Assembly: GCA_900088475.1 (NCBI GenBank)
Contig: FLMG01002851.1
Span: forward strand, 27,422-91,421
Reading direction: 5' to 3'
Length of the DNA: 64,000 nucleotides
Source: Hyphochytrium catenoides
Lineage: Eukaryota > Protista > Hyphochytriomycota
Positions 1 through 12,749 of this stretch are shown here, in pieces; position 1 is the first letter of the stretch, and the number at the start of each line of letters is the position of its first letter. Made by a program: the position numbers and the translations under genes. Under the pieces are notes generated by a model that had not been told where the DNA came from, did no database searches, and saw only the letters and a list, made by a program, of their open reading frames with translations.

Positions 1-473
1 CACAGCCAGCGCTGGAACTTCTCCGTCAGTGGATGGACTACGAAGGGTGGTATGACCGCGTGAAGTGCCACTGGAAGCACATCTTAGATATGCAGATTCT
101 TGCGGCTATGGCACCTCCGAACGGGGGACGAGCGAGCATCTGCAGCCGACTGGTCAGCCGCTTCCATCTCCTGAACATGACGGCGCCCGATAATTCACAG
201 GTACAGCGCATCTTTGAGTCCATTCTGTCCTGTCGCCTGGCGGAGTTTGAAGAGGATATCCGGCGCATTGGCCCGCTACTAGTGAAGGCGACCATTGAGG
301 TGAGGAAGGAGCAGTATTACTGTGGAGCTTGACTGTGTCCGTTCTGAGAAGTGACTCTATTTCACGCTCTCTTTGTCCCCGTCACCTGGCGCTTTCTCTC
401 TCTTTAGATATACGTGAGGGACCTTTCTTCACACTTTTTCTGGCCTCTTGGCATTTTCTGTCTGTCTCTTTCC

Positions 474-509
<36 letters not shown>

Positions 510-3500
510 TCCTCTCTTTCCTCTCCCTCTCTCTTTTTCTTTCTTCCTTAGCCTGTTATGTTCTGACTTCCTAACCTCTTGTGTGCCTGAGCCTATCACG
601 TCTCGCATCTCCTACCTCTTTACGTTCATTTGTCTCTAACACTGTGCTATCAACAGATCTACAGCGCAGTGAGCACCAAGTTCCTGCCGACGCCAATGAA
701 ATCTCACTACACCTTCAATCTCAGAGACGTCTCCAAAGTCTTACAAGGGCTTCTCAGAGCCAACAAGAAGCAGAATGACAGCAAAGAGAGCCTTCTCCGC
801 CTTTGGGTGCATGAATGCACGAGGATCTTCGCTGACCGCTTCCTCTTTGACGCCCAAGAGGACCACAAAGTGTTCCAGACGCTGCTCGGGGAGGTTCTTC
901 ACCACGAGTTTGGCGTCTCGTGGTCACAGTTAATGAGTTCCTTACCTGCTGGTCTCTCTGCTCCTCTCTTTACTGGCTTTGTCTCAGAGCTTCCCGCCCT
1001 CACACCTTCAGTCTCCACTGCCCCCGCTGCAACGAAGAAGAGTACGTCCACGACAGCTGCCGCTCAAAGCAGCGCACAGAACGCTGCAGCAATGCAGAGA
1101 CCTTCCACGCTACCGGCGAAAGGGCCGGGCTCGGGTGCGGAGAGTGTTCCTGGACATGGAGATAACAGTTATGGAGAGGTTGCCAGCCTCGACTCCTTAA
1201 GGGCATTCCTGGGTGGAGTACTGGAGGATTATAACAATGAGCCAAAGCTCATTCCTATGCCTCTCGTGCTGTTCAGGGTGAGACAACAGTGATAGAGGGG
1301 CGACAGAGAGAGACAGAGAGAGAAAAGCAGAGAGAGAGAGAGAGAGCCAGAGAGAGAGAGGCAGAGAGATGGACCAAAAAAATCCCGAAAGAAACTGATA
1401 TAGAGCGAGCAGAAAGTCCAACGTCTTACGCTCTGTTGTCCTTCTGTCTCCTGCGCAGGACGCGATCCTCAACATCTGCATCGTGCATCGCATCCTCACT
1501 CAGCCGAGAGGGAACGCAATGCTGGTAGGAGTAGGAGGTAGCGGGCGCCGCTCTTCTGCTCGTCTGGCCGCATACCTTGCCTCCTATCCTCTCTTCTCCA
1601 TAGACATCACAAGCACCTACAGGCTGACGGAGTTCAGGGAGGATCTGAAGAAGTTGTACACAGCCACTGGAGCCAGCAACAAACCCACTGTTTTCCTCTT
1701 TGCAGACACGCAGCTGAAGGAGGAGGCCTTTCTTGAAGACATCAACAACATACTCAGCAGCGGACAGGTGCCTGGCTTGTTCACAAAGGAAGAGATCCCA
1801 GCGCTGCTGGATGCTGTCAGAGGTCCAGCTAAGGTATGTGGCCATTGAAAGTGCTCAGTACTCCTTGCCAACTCTTCAAAACTTCGTTTCTTGCGCCTCT
1901 TTCTGGTCATGTCCTTGGCCCGCTTATCTCCAGCTCATCCGTACTCACTCTCCTCGTTGCAGACGGAAGGCCTACCAGACAGTCCTAAAGCTCTGTGGGA
2001 CTATTTCATTCAGCGTGTGAGGGCCAACTTGCACGTGGTTCTCTGCATGAGTCCAGTCGGTGCAGGCTTCCGCAACAGGTGCAGAATGTACCCAGCCCTG
2101 GTGAACTGCACAACCATTAACTGGTTCCATGAGTGGCCGGCGACAGCACTAGAGGTTGGATAACTATGATCCTTTTTTCTGTTCTTCAGTTCGCCTCTCT
2201 CTCTCTCTCTCTCCCCACCTCTCTTCTCCCTTGGGTTTGGCTTCTATCTCGCAGCGCGAACCGCCTTCCCCCTGAAGCAACAGTTGCTCTACGCCTATCT
2301 CCAGCTCTGTTTGCCTCTAGCTTCTCTACTTGCTGATACTTCTTCCCCAGCAAGCTCTTCTTTGTCTGCTCGATCGCACCTGAAACTTGCTTTCCATGGT
2401 CCCTATTGGATGTTGATCTCCTTATGCATGTATAGGAAGTCGCCATGAAGTATCTTGACGACATGAAGCTAGCAGATGGAGCTGCGAAAAAGAATCTGTC
2501 CGCAGTGTTTGCGGCCTGTCATGTTGGTGTGGCTCGGGCCTCTGAGAGAATGATGCTACAGCTCAGCAGGAAGAACCACGTTACGCCCACACACTACCTG
2601 GAGCTCGTGAAGGGCTATCGAGCGCTGCTTAGAGAGAAAGACAAGGAGCTGGGAGATTCCAGAGGTGTGCACATTAATTCTCTTCTGTCGCGCTTCTTTC
2701 CTTACACATTCTTTTGACCCGTCGCTATTCTTTAGGTAGTCGTTCCTTTCCTTCCCTCTCCTCTCTCTCTCTCTCTCACACTCTCACTCTCTCTCTCTCT
2801 CGTGCTCTCTCGTGCTCTCCTTGCCATTCTGTTCTCTTTTTCAATTTTCCCGCCTACGATGGCGGTATTGAAACGTTGTCGCGCAATAGACAAGCTTCGG
2901 AATGGGCTTAGCAAGCTGGAAGAAAGCAGAGTGCAGGTTTTGCGGATGTCTGAGGAGCTCAGCGAGAAGAAGAAGGTTGTGGCTGTCAGCCAGAAAGAGT
3001 GTGAAGAGCTGCTGGTGGTGATTGTCTCAGAGCGCCGGGTGGCAGACGAGCAGCGGAAGCAGGTCGAGGCAGAGAGCGAACAGATTACCAAGGAAGAGAT
3101 CGACTGCAAAGCCATCGCACAGGATGCACAGAGAGACTTAGACGTGGCTCTCCCTGCGTTGGAGAAAGCGATGGCGGAGGTTGATAAGCTGGATAAGTCT
3201 GCTATCTCTGAGGTCAAAGCCTACTCTAAGCCACCGAAGGCTGTGGAAACAGTGCTCAACGCCGTGATGTTGCTCTTCGGGTGCGGCCCATTCTTTTATC
3301 CTTTTGGAGTCTATCGGGTTATTTCCAGCTCTTCGATCAACTATTTCTCTATGTCGCCTAATCTCTCTCGTTAAGTCTTTAGATTCTCTATTCCCTCTCC
3401 ATCACTCGTCTTCCTCTCTTGCCTTCCTTTCTATCTATCTATATATGCGTCTCTCGTCTCTCTCTACGTGGGCGCACGTATCTACCCTGTTGTTTCTCTT

Positions 3501-6500
3501 TACTGGGTCGCAGATGAGCCTCAAAAGCCTCCTGTCCTGCCCCAAGTGATGCTCCCATCCTGCTCATGTGCTGTCTCTCCTGCTCTCTCCCTCCCCTCCT
3601 CTTCTCCCCCATTTTCTCTACCCTGCTCTGTTTACTTACCACCCAACAGACTGAAATCTGACTGGCCGACGGCGAAGAAGAAGATTAGCGAGGGCAATTT
3701 TCTCCAGCAGATCAAGGCGTACGACAAGGATAACGTCAGCAATGCTCTCATTATGAAGCTTAAGAAATACACCGACGACCCAGAGTTTAATACAGAGACA
3801 GTCAGAGGTGTCTCAGCAGCCGCAGCCGCTCTCTGCTCGTGGGTGTGCGCTATCTTCGTCTATGCGAATGTCTTTAGAGAAGTGGCGCCAAAGAGAGAAA
3901 GACTCCAGGCTGCGGAGCAAGGATTGAAGGCTAAGCAAGCTGCCCTGAGCAAGGCGAAGAGCCGTTTGGAGGAAGTGGTTGCCAAAGTAAATCAACTGAA
4001 GGAGAAGTATGACCAGAGCGTTGGAGAGAAAAATCGACTGAGAAAGGAGGCTGAGGAGCTGGAGCTGAAACTTACCAGGGCGGACAAGCTTGTGAAGGGG
4101 CTAGCCGGTGAGCTTTAAAGCCATCCTTGTCTTTCTCTCCCCCTCTTTCTTCCTTGGCGCTGCCATTTCCTCTTTTACCTCATTAGCTAGCTGTTTGTGA
4201 CCCTTTTCCAAAAGTCTGGCTCTGTCTCGCTAGACAACGTTTAACCCTTCCGCCACTATTCCTTTATTCAGCATCCCCTGGTTTTGCTCATTGTCGTCCT
4301 GAGTCTGGACCTCACTGCCGCTTGTCTTCTGTCCCTGTCCCCTGGGGTCTGCAGGAGAGTACACTCGCTGGCAGGAGTCGATTGCTCTGTTCGACGCGCA
4401 GGTCCACAACCTCCTGGGAGACTCTCTCCTCGCTTCTGCCTTCCTTTCGTACGCCGGACCCTTTGACACAAGCTACCGCGATGGTCTCCTCCAGAAGTGG
4501 CAGGCGGACGTTAGAGCGAAAGAGATTCCGGTCAGCGAGGCATTCTCCGTGACAAAATTCCTGGCCAAGCCTACGGACGTGCGGCAGTGGAGCCTGCAGG
4601 TAGTAATAGTGCCAGATTTTCTCTTGCTAACTTCTCTGTCAGTTTGTCCCTTCTCCTCAAAAGTTCCTTTCAAGCATTTCGTTCTTGGACTCCTTCGAGG
4701 ATCCCCATACGATGGTTGTCTCCCTTTCTGCCATTGGGAACACCTATAGTCGCTTCTTTCTCGCTTACCTCTCTTTGCCCTCTTCTCGTACCTTCAGGGG
4801 CTGCCCAACGATAGCTTTAGCACCGAAAACGGCGTCATCGTCACGCGTGGCAACCGCTGGCCGTTGATGATCGACCCTCAGGGTCAAGCCAACAAGTGGA
4901 TCCGAGCCATGGAGGCGAAGAACTTGAAAGTGATTGACCTGAAGATGAGGGACTTCCTTCGAGAGGTAACTGGGCCCCAGCTATGACTAGTCTTCCCCTT
5001 TGTTCCTCTCCCTTTGCCTTCCTGCCTTTCCTGCATACGATCTATAGCTAGACTTTTCCTAAGCTGTCTGCTTGCTGCAGGTGGAGAACGCGATCCAATA
5101 CGGTCTACCGGTGCTGCTGCAAGATGTCCTGGAGGAGCTTGATCCCAGCCTTGAGCCTGTTCTGAGCAAGTCTGTCCTCAAAGTCGGCAGCAGAGAAGTG
5201 ATAAGGATTGGAGACAGCGAGATAGAGTTCTCGCGGGACTTCAAGTAACGATACCTCGTCATCCTTCTCCCGAGACAATGTCTATTCTTTTCTCCCGTCT
5301 CAATCCTCCCGCCCTTCTCTCTCACACTCACTCGCTCTGTCTCCCTGTCTCCTCCGACCGAACCGTTAAGTTTCTCTCTCTGTTTCCCACCCGCTGTGTT
5401 TCCTTCTCTTCTCTCTCTCTCTCGTGACCCTCTCCCTCCCCCTCTCTCTTATTGCAAAGGGTTTCCTGTTCTCTCTCCCTCCTTGCTCGATTGACTGCTA
5501 ACTTGTATCTGATCCTCCAACCCAAAAACACTGCGCTTTCCTCTGTCCTCAGGTTCTATATTACCACGAAGCTTGCAAATCCGCACTTCACGCCCGAGGT
5601 GAGCACTAAGGTGGCAGTGGTCAACTTTGCCGTTAAGCAGCAGGGACTGGAGGCGCAGCTCTTGGGGCAGGTGGTGCAGGCAGAGGAGCCAGAGCTTGAG
5701 GATATGAAGAGTGAGCTCACCATGACAGTTGCTGCGGGGAAGACGAAGCTCGTTGATCTCGAGAACCAGATCCTTAAGCTCCTGAGCGAAGCCAAGGTCA
5801 CTCTCAACCTTTTTCCCTGTTGACAGTCGTCCCCAATTTCTCTCTCTGTCTCTCTTCCTTTTCGAAACTCTCTCTCCCATCTTTCTCTCTAGCTCGCTCA
5901 CTTTTTGATGTGTCTCTGACTGTGCCGCCCTCTCCTTTCAACGATGGCTTTGGCTTTCACTCTTCCTGGTTTAGGGCTCATTATTGGACGACGAGCATCT
6001 GGTCAGCACCCTGCAACAGAGCAAGGTGACAGCGGAGGAGGTATCTCGCCAGCTGAAGGTGGCGGAAGAAACGGAACAACGCATTGATCTGGCCAGAGAG
6101 GCCTATCGCTCATCGGCAGTGCGCGCTGCAATCCTCTACTTTGTGCTGGATGATCTCTCGCGCATCGACCCGATGTACCAGTTCTCCCTCGACTCCTACG
6201 TTGACCTGTTCCGCCAGTCCATCTCTCAGTCTCGGTACATACCTATTTATCCTGCTGTTCAACGCTAGTTGGCTTTCCCCTTGTGTTTCTTTCCCATCTC
6301 TTTCTCTCTCTGTCTGCATATCTCTCGCCCGGTATCCACTCGGTCTTAGCAACCTATGACTACCACACCCTATTGCAGCTCTCTCTCTTTCTCTTGCCCT
6401 TCCATAACCCTCAAAGAAAGCAGGACTATGACGGAGGAGAGGGGAGTCGGTTCTCCCACTTTAGAGCTCACTTGCGCCAAATTTTCCTCGTCTCTTCTCC

Positions 6501-9500
6501 CTGTTCAGGATGCTAAGTGAAGATGAGGAGGTCATGGATCGGAACTGGTCCATTAACGCTTTCCACACGTACGCGGTCTACGCCTCCACGTGTCTGGGGC
6601 TCTTCGCACGGCACAAGCTGCTCTTTGCCTTTCAGATGTGCACACAAATCCTCCGGCAAGAGGGAAAATTGCTTCAGGAAGAGTACACTTTCCTTCTCAC
6701 GGGGGGAACCGTCTTGGATAGAAGCAATCAGCCACCTAATCCAGGTAGGAGGATCCCCTCCTTTCGACTTGCTTGTGTGTCCTTCTTTGTTTCTCTCTCT
6801 CGCTCCTTTCTCTCTCTCCATCTCTTTCTCTCTCTCTCTCCCCCTTTTAACCTTCTACGTCTCTTCAGTTTCCTCTCTCCAACCCCCTGCTGTGGCCGAC
6901 ACCTGTAGCACTGACTCTCATACTGCAGCTCCCGAGATCTTCCAGCCCAAGATGTGGGACAGCATCACCGAACTTTCAAGCTTGGCTGCCTTCTCAGGCC
7001 TTGCGGGGGCGATCGAGCAGAGCACCAAAGTGTGGAAAGAGTGGTACTCCAGCCCTCAGGTTAGTCCTTTTAGCTATCCCCGTCTCACGCTTCTCCAGTT
7101 CTTCTCAATCCATATCCTCCGAGCTCTTAGATTTTCTTCAGCTTAAGGGCACACGTAGGCAACTCTTCCCTTTTGTCCGGGATCTCCTTGTCGGTTTTAT
7201 TGCTCTGTGTGCGGTGCTCTTTGACTTACGAAGCCCTCTTGCTAACAAACTATGTGCGCTCGACTCTCATCGACAGCCGGAACAAACGCCGCTGCCTGCG
7301 GACTGGAACATGAAGCTTGGGGACTTCCAGAAGATGCTTCTGCTACGAGCACTGCGGCCAGATCGCCTCCTCTTTGCCGCTAATCGTTTTGTTGCTAGCG
7401 TCATGGGTGCACAGTATGCAGAGCCTCCCGCGCTCGATTTGGCGCAGGTTTTAGAGCAGTCTTCGCCGTCCATCCCGCTGGTCTTTGTGCTCTCTCCCGG
7501 AGTCGACCCTACCGCTCAGGTATGCTGCCGCGGGCAGTCGCTCCCCGGAGATTGACTTTATTCCCAGTAAATGAATGAAAATTGACGAGTATCGTTCCTC
7601 TTCGCTGGTTCTCTCTTGCCATAGGTCTCCCAGCTCGCCAGCGCCATGAACATGCCGCTGGAGGTCTGTGCCTTGGGACAGGGACAGGCACCAGTGGCCA
7701 CACGGCTGTTGAAGGAAGCAATGGCGGCAGGAAAATGGGTGTTCCTCTCCAACTGTCATCTGATGCTCAGCTGGATGCCTACGTTAGAAAAGATTGTCGA
7801 GGCCCTCAGCAGTCGCTCTTCTGCACAGCCCATCAGCCCGCAGTTCCGCCTGTGGTTGTCCAGCGCGCCCCACCCACGGTTCCCGATTTCCATTCTGCAG
7901 CGCGGGCTGAAGATAACAACGGAACCGCCACGAGGCTTGAAGTCCAACTTGCTGCAGATGTACAACTTGATATCGGAAGACCGCTTCAACGCCTGCAAAG
8001 AGGTGCATCTCTATCTGCTTACCATTGTCTACGCTACTCCCTGATTCATCTTCAAAGACTTTCAGCATCACAACCTCCGTGTGCTTTAGGCCGTACCTCA
8101 GACTTTGGCACAGTGTGTGCGTCGCTCGTTTGCTCTTTCTGCTCCCTCTCTCCTGCTGCTCTGTCTCTTTGTCTTTCTCAATCCGTATTCCCCATCTCCG
8201 CACTATCCGCTATTGCCTCCTCTCGTCCTTTTCTTTCCACGATTGTCTCTATTTTCTCTGATATCCCAAACTGTCATTCTGTCTCCTTCGTCTAGGGAAG
8301 CACCTATAAGAAGCTCATTTTCTCACTGGCATGGTTCCACTCCATCCTTCTCGAGCGGCGGAAGTTCAAGTCTTTAGGCTGGAACACAGCTTATGACTTC
8401 AACGCCTCAGACTTCTCCATATGCCACGACCTCATAGCAACCTTTTTGGAAGCCTATCCAGAGCACACCCCTTTTGAAGCGCTGCGTTATCTCATCGCCG
8501 AGGCGAACTATGGCGGCAGAGTCACCGACGATTGGGATAGGCGGCTGGTGGTTGTCTACGTAAATCAGTTCATTTGTACCGAGGCCGTGACAGAGCCACA
8601 GTACAAGCTTTCCTCCCTGTCAGAATACTTTATCCCGCATGACGGCTCGTTAGAGTCGTATAAGGAGTATATTCGAGGGTTGCCCATCACAGAGCAGCCG
8701 AGCGCTTTCGGACAACATCCTAACGCTGACATCTCCTCCCAAATTGAGGAGACTAACGAGCTGCTGGACACAATATTCTCCTTGCAGCCTTCAGTGGTTA
8801 CCGAAGCAGGAGAGACAAGAGAGACCAAGATACTGCGGATGGTGAAGAGTTTGGAAGAGCAGCTTTGTCAGACCATTGACACCTCTCCGGTCACAACCCC
8901 TGGTGCCGTGCGGAAAGAGTCAGAGCCGCTAAAGACGGTGCTCCTGCAGGAATGTGAGCGCTATAACAAGCTCCTCACCACGATGCGAAAGCACCTGCTG
9001 GACGTTGATAGGGCGGTACAGGGGCTCGTCGTTATCACAATGGAACTGGAGCAGGTGTGCGACGCTCTTCTAGGAGGCAAAGTGCCATCGGCTTGGTCAT
9101 TCTGCTATCCATCTATAAAACCTCTCGGATCTTGGATGAATGACCTTAAAGAGCGCTGTGAACAAATGGGAAAATGGGTACAGAAGGGAATGCCAAGCGT
9201 ATTCTGGCTCTCAGGCTTTACCTATCCGACAGGCTTTCTTACCGCGTTGCTACAGACGACTGCACGGAAGAATGGGCTTCCCATTGACACTCTTGGTTGG
9301 GACTTCCCCGTCCTGAAGGAAGATGTCTATGGGCTTCGGGATGGCCCTCCGGCTGCCGAGGGAGCGTATGTTCAAGGCCTCTACCTTGAGGGCGCTCGGT
9401 GGGACAGTGAGGTTTCTTGCCTGGCTGACGCTCTACCTATGGAGCTATACTGTCCCATGCCTGTCATCCACTTCAAGCCAATCGAGAACAAACGAAAGCC

Positions 9501-9663
9501 CGCAAAGGGCTATTATAGCTGTCCTATCTATATGTATCCCGTCCGATCTGGGACTAGAGAACGGCCTTCGTTCATGATAGCGGCCGACCTCCGGGCTGGA
9601 CAGATGGACGGGGACTTTTGGACCAAGCGAGGGGTGGCGCTGCTGCTCTCCCTGGGGAACTAA
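1..9663 (+). CDS. DNAH2: Axonemal dynein heavy chain, inner-arm I1/f beta type (DNAH2/DHC10-like); 5' part lies outside the window; 17 exons visible
   Basis: Spliced exons give the AAA3 end (DYEGWYDR...[22 protein letters not shown]), the AAA4 P-loop ([15 protein letters not shown]), stalk/MTBD ([22 protein letters not shown]), AAA5 ([17 protein letters not shown]), AAA6 ([30 protein letters not shown]) and a DNAH2-like C-terminus ([38 protein letters not shown]). GT-AG introns: 300-656, 1278-1458, 1834-1962, 2155-2435, 2665-2889, 3281-3649, 4108-4354, 4600-4797, 4966-5080, 5245-5552, 5797-5974, 6235-6508, 6745-6928, 7060-7276, 7520-7624, 8003-8295. Stop TAA at 9661-9663. Confidence 0.95.
471..545 (+). 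repeat. (CT)n-rich microsatellite in dynein intron 1; similar tracts at ~2196-2214, 2755-2820, 5400-5450, 6790-6840
   Basis: Directly visible ctctctctct runs inside the dynein introns. Confidence 0.9.
1303..1370 (+). repeat. (GA)n-rich microsatellite in dynein intron 2
   Basis: acagagagagacagagagagaaaagcagagagagagagagagagccagagagagagag, within intron 1278-1458. Confidence 0.9.
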
Positions 9664-10007
9664 GTAGAGTCCATAAAGAACAGTCAGGCGAGCCTTGTAC
9701 ATTCGTGAGTTAGAAGTTAGAATGGCCACACTAGAGAATATGAAGTGTATACAGCCGCTATATGTCTAGTCTCCATGCTCTTCCTTGCATCTAACATGAC
9801 ATTTTCTCTTGGTGCGCACTGGGCTGATCTTGAATCCTTCGGGCCTCTCACCGACTAACTACTTATCAGTAGAAAGAATGATTCTCGATGACAGAGGCAA
9901 AGGTAAAAGAAAATAGGCCTTGCTGGCCCTGGATTTCAAAATTTAGGTTTTGTCTAAGTCGACGCCTTGCTGACGCGCAAGCTTCCTTTGAGCTTTCCAG
10001 ACTGCTA

Positions 10008-11086
10008 TTAGGCTTCCACAAAGTTGTGGATCTCGCTGTCGACAAATCGCTTCAAATCACTTAGGTTCTCCCACCACTGAGGGAGGAGCGTTGAAGAAAT
10101 GAACTGGAACCAGGGCGACACTAAGTGCTTGCCTTCTTTGCCCTCAGCTAGGAACCTAGCTAGCTCATCCGCCTTGAGGTAGCGGACTTCTGCAACTTCG
10201 TTCGGGTTCAGGTTGAGGTCATAGTCTCCTCTAAGTACCAGCAAGTGGTCTACCTCGTGCTCACCCCACATGTTATCGCATGGACTCTACTCAAAGATAG
10301 CAAGAGCAAGTTCTCGCTTTAGATCTCTGAGGATCGCTCTAGTGATGCGATTTTAAGCTATACCTTATAAAGAATCCGCGTGAGATGCACCAAGGAATCC
10401 AACTCAATGGTATTGGAATCAATGCCAAGCTCTTGCTGAAGCTTCCGGCGGGCCGCCCTGCAGCACGATGACAGAGGTCAGCATGCGTCCAGCCATCAGA
10501 AGCAAGAAGGTAAAGTTTAGAGGACGTGATGAGAGTACCTCTTGACGCCAACGTTATTTGTCTCGTCTAATTCCTCGGGTACGTGAAGAGGATGGCTGCA
10601 GCAGGTATTGGCCCAATAACTTGGAAAAATGATCTTATCGCTCGCTCGCTTCTGAATCAACAACTCATCCTGGGAGTTGAACAAAAAGACGCTAAACGCT
10701 CTATGTAGCGCCTTGTCTCCATTGATCTGAGTCAGCAGATGGCCTGGACACGAAGACCAGCGTCTCTTTTAGCATCACTTTGTGCTTCTAAAGCTCCTTT
10801 CTTACTTACAATTCTTCTTAGACTCCTCTCCAATAACTCGATCCTTCTCATCAACAAGGATGCAACGCTCTTCCAGCAACTTCACTTGTGTCGGATCTCC
10901 TTTTATCTCGTTGAACCCGGGCAGTGTCGCAGCTACTGAGAGCCTGGAGCCCAACACTTCTTATCAAATAGATAGCTCAAACAGAAGGAGTTACCCTAAA
11001 TACCTTCGGATGCCTTGCCAAGAGGGGGCCATGGCACACAGTCCAGACCTCAGAAAGCGCGGAGCCGTCGCAGAGAGGATCATCAT
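10008..11086 (-). CDS. IDI1: Isopentenyl-diphosphate delta-isomerase, type 1 (Nudix fold), 5 exons, with an N-terminal transit-peptide-like extension
   Basis: Spliced translation: [104 protein letters not shown]. These are the standard IDI-1 motifs, including catalytic Cys (NTCCSH) and Glu (EHE). Confidence 0.95.
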
Positions 11087-11941
11087 AACGACTCGCTGCG
11101 GCCTTCCCTGAGCTTGACCCGTGACCAAGGGTCTCTGAAGCTAAGTGAGCTTGGAGTGAGCTCTTGCCCTATGAGCTCTGCTCAGCGCACAGGCATCCAA
11201 GCGAGGCTGTCTCCAGGGAGGGCAAGGACGCTTGCGCAACTGTCGCGGGTCAAGCACAGTTCTTAGCAAGCGATGATGGGATGCATGACTTGACTGACGG
11301 ATGAGGCCGAAGTGACGATCCGAAGATAATAACAATAAGAACATAATAAGGCCCCTTTGAAAGGTTCGTGGAAAGATTGGGAAGTCCATGGCACATTAAT
11401 GACCCGTAATAGTCCTGTTTATTCAACCTGTGTCACACCATAGAAATATTTCGATGTTTGCGGACATCTTTTCACTTTCACTGTGACGAAAAGGCGAAAG
11501 GCCTTTGACCGAAATTGCCGCGCCGGAAAGTCCGAAAAGAGGCGGCGAAGTACAGTACAGACTATTGCAGAATAACGCTAGCTACTCCTGGGGGAGGCTT
11601 GATCAGGTCATTACTCTCCCACCCAATCGTCACACCAGAAAGCAAGCTGCAGCTTCAGCCTGCGCTCCACAGCAGTGCATCAACTCATCAGCTCATCGGC
11701 CACCAGCAACACGTTGTCACGTTGCTGAAGCTGCTGCTGACAAGTGCACACCAGGGAGCTGACTGTATGAAGCTGGTCTAAGTGCAGACTAAGCAGTCCG
11801 GGCTCTGAGCTAACGCTTGTCGACGGCAGTCCTCTGCTTGAGCACTGTCCAGGCCCTCAACAGAGGCGGAGGCGGTTGGGACAAATCTGTTTGGACGTTC
11901 AATCATCACCTCGACCAAGACTCCCACTTCATAATTGTAAA

Positions 11942-12610
11942 ATGTCAATCAAACGAAGTTCACTGGGTAATACTCTTACTGAGGAGGGCAAGATTTTGCC
12001 AGGTTCTAGCAGCTTCGTGGCGGCGACTAGCCGTGCGCTGAAACCGCCTGTCTTTGACCTGCAACAACAAGGAGGAGGAAGCAGCTTCGCAAGTCTTGCA
12101 GCAAGCCTTCCAGACAGCAACTCCACTTTGGGTCAAACGCACGCATCGACAAGGGTTAGTCTTCAGCAGGGGACCAATGGAACCACCTCACAGGCACAAG
12201 CGAGCTCCCGTACCACTATTTTAGGTGCCTTTGATGGCCTCAACCTTAGTCTATCTCAGACATCAGCAGACAATGTCGGCACCACATCTGAAGCCGCAAA
12301 ACAGCTTGAGCTACGGCGCGCAATCAAAGAGCTGGATGAAGCTGAGTCTTCTAAAGCAAAGGTAAAAAAAAACGAGATGTCGCTGCTGATGGAACATGCC
12401 TTCCAGTCGTATGATAAAGAGGTTGAGCAGAGTGGGCTCCTCGGAGCTAGAGGGAAATCCAGCAAAGCAACAGAAAGCAGTAGACGGGGCAATGCTAGGA
12501 AACAGAAGCTTCGAAACCGTGGCCAGGCCTACAGCGACAAAGTAGAGGCCAAAGTTTCGAAAGTGATGCGGAAAGAGAACCGGAAGCAACGCTTGCGAAG
12601 CGTCTACTGA
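11942..12610 (+). CDS. Single-exon hypothetical protein (~222 aa) with a basic C-terminal helix; possibly an Alb1/Ecm1-like ribosome-biogenesis factor
   Basis: Open frame from ATG 11942. The N-half is low-complexity S/T/Q; the C-terminus is K/R-rich (RKQKLRNRGQAYSDKVEAKVSKVMRKENRKQRLRSVY). The family guess rests on resemblance only. Confidence 0.6.
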   Translation: MSIKRSSLGNTLTEEGKILPGSSSFVAATSRALKPPVFDLQQQGGGSSFASLAASLPDSNSTLGQTHASTRVSLQQGTNGTTSQAQASSRTTILGAFDGLNLSLSQTSADNVGTTSEAAKQLELRRAIKELDEAESSKAKVKKNEMSLLMEHAFQSYDKEVEQSGLLGARGKSSKATESSRRGNARKQKLRNRGQAYSDKVEAKVSKVMRKENRKQRLRSVY

Positions 12611-12749
12611 GGCTCTTCCTCTCAACAACCTTCTGCGCGCGTCAGACTACTTGGCTAAGGGAGATGGACCTCTCTTTATCTGATGAGGGAAACAGACGGC
12701 ACTTGCCTCATGTGCTCTATGTGCTAGTGAAGCTCAGGACTATTTGTTG

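Noticed and set aside
329-6908. Many S/L-rich or R/E-rich ORFs in the six-frame track
   Set aside because: They are translations of (CT)n/(GA)n intron tracts or antisense shadows of dynein exons.
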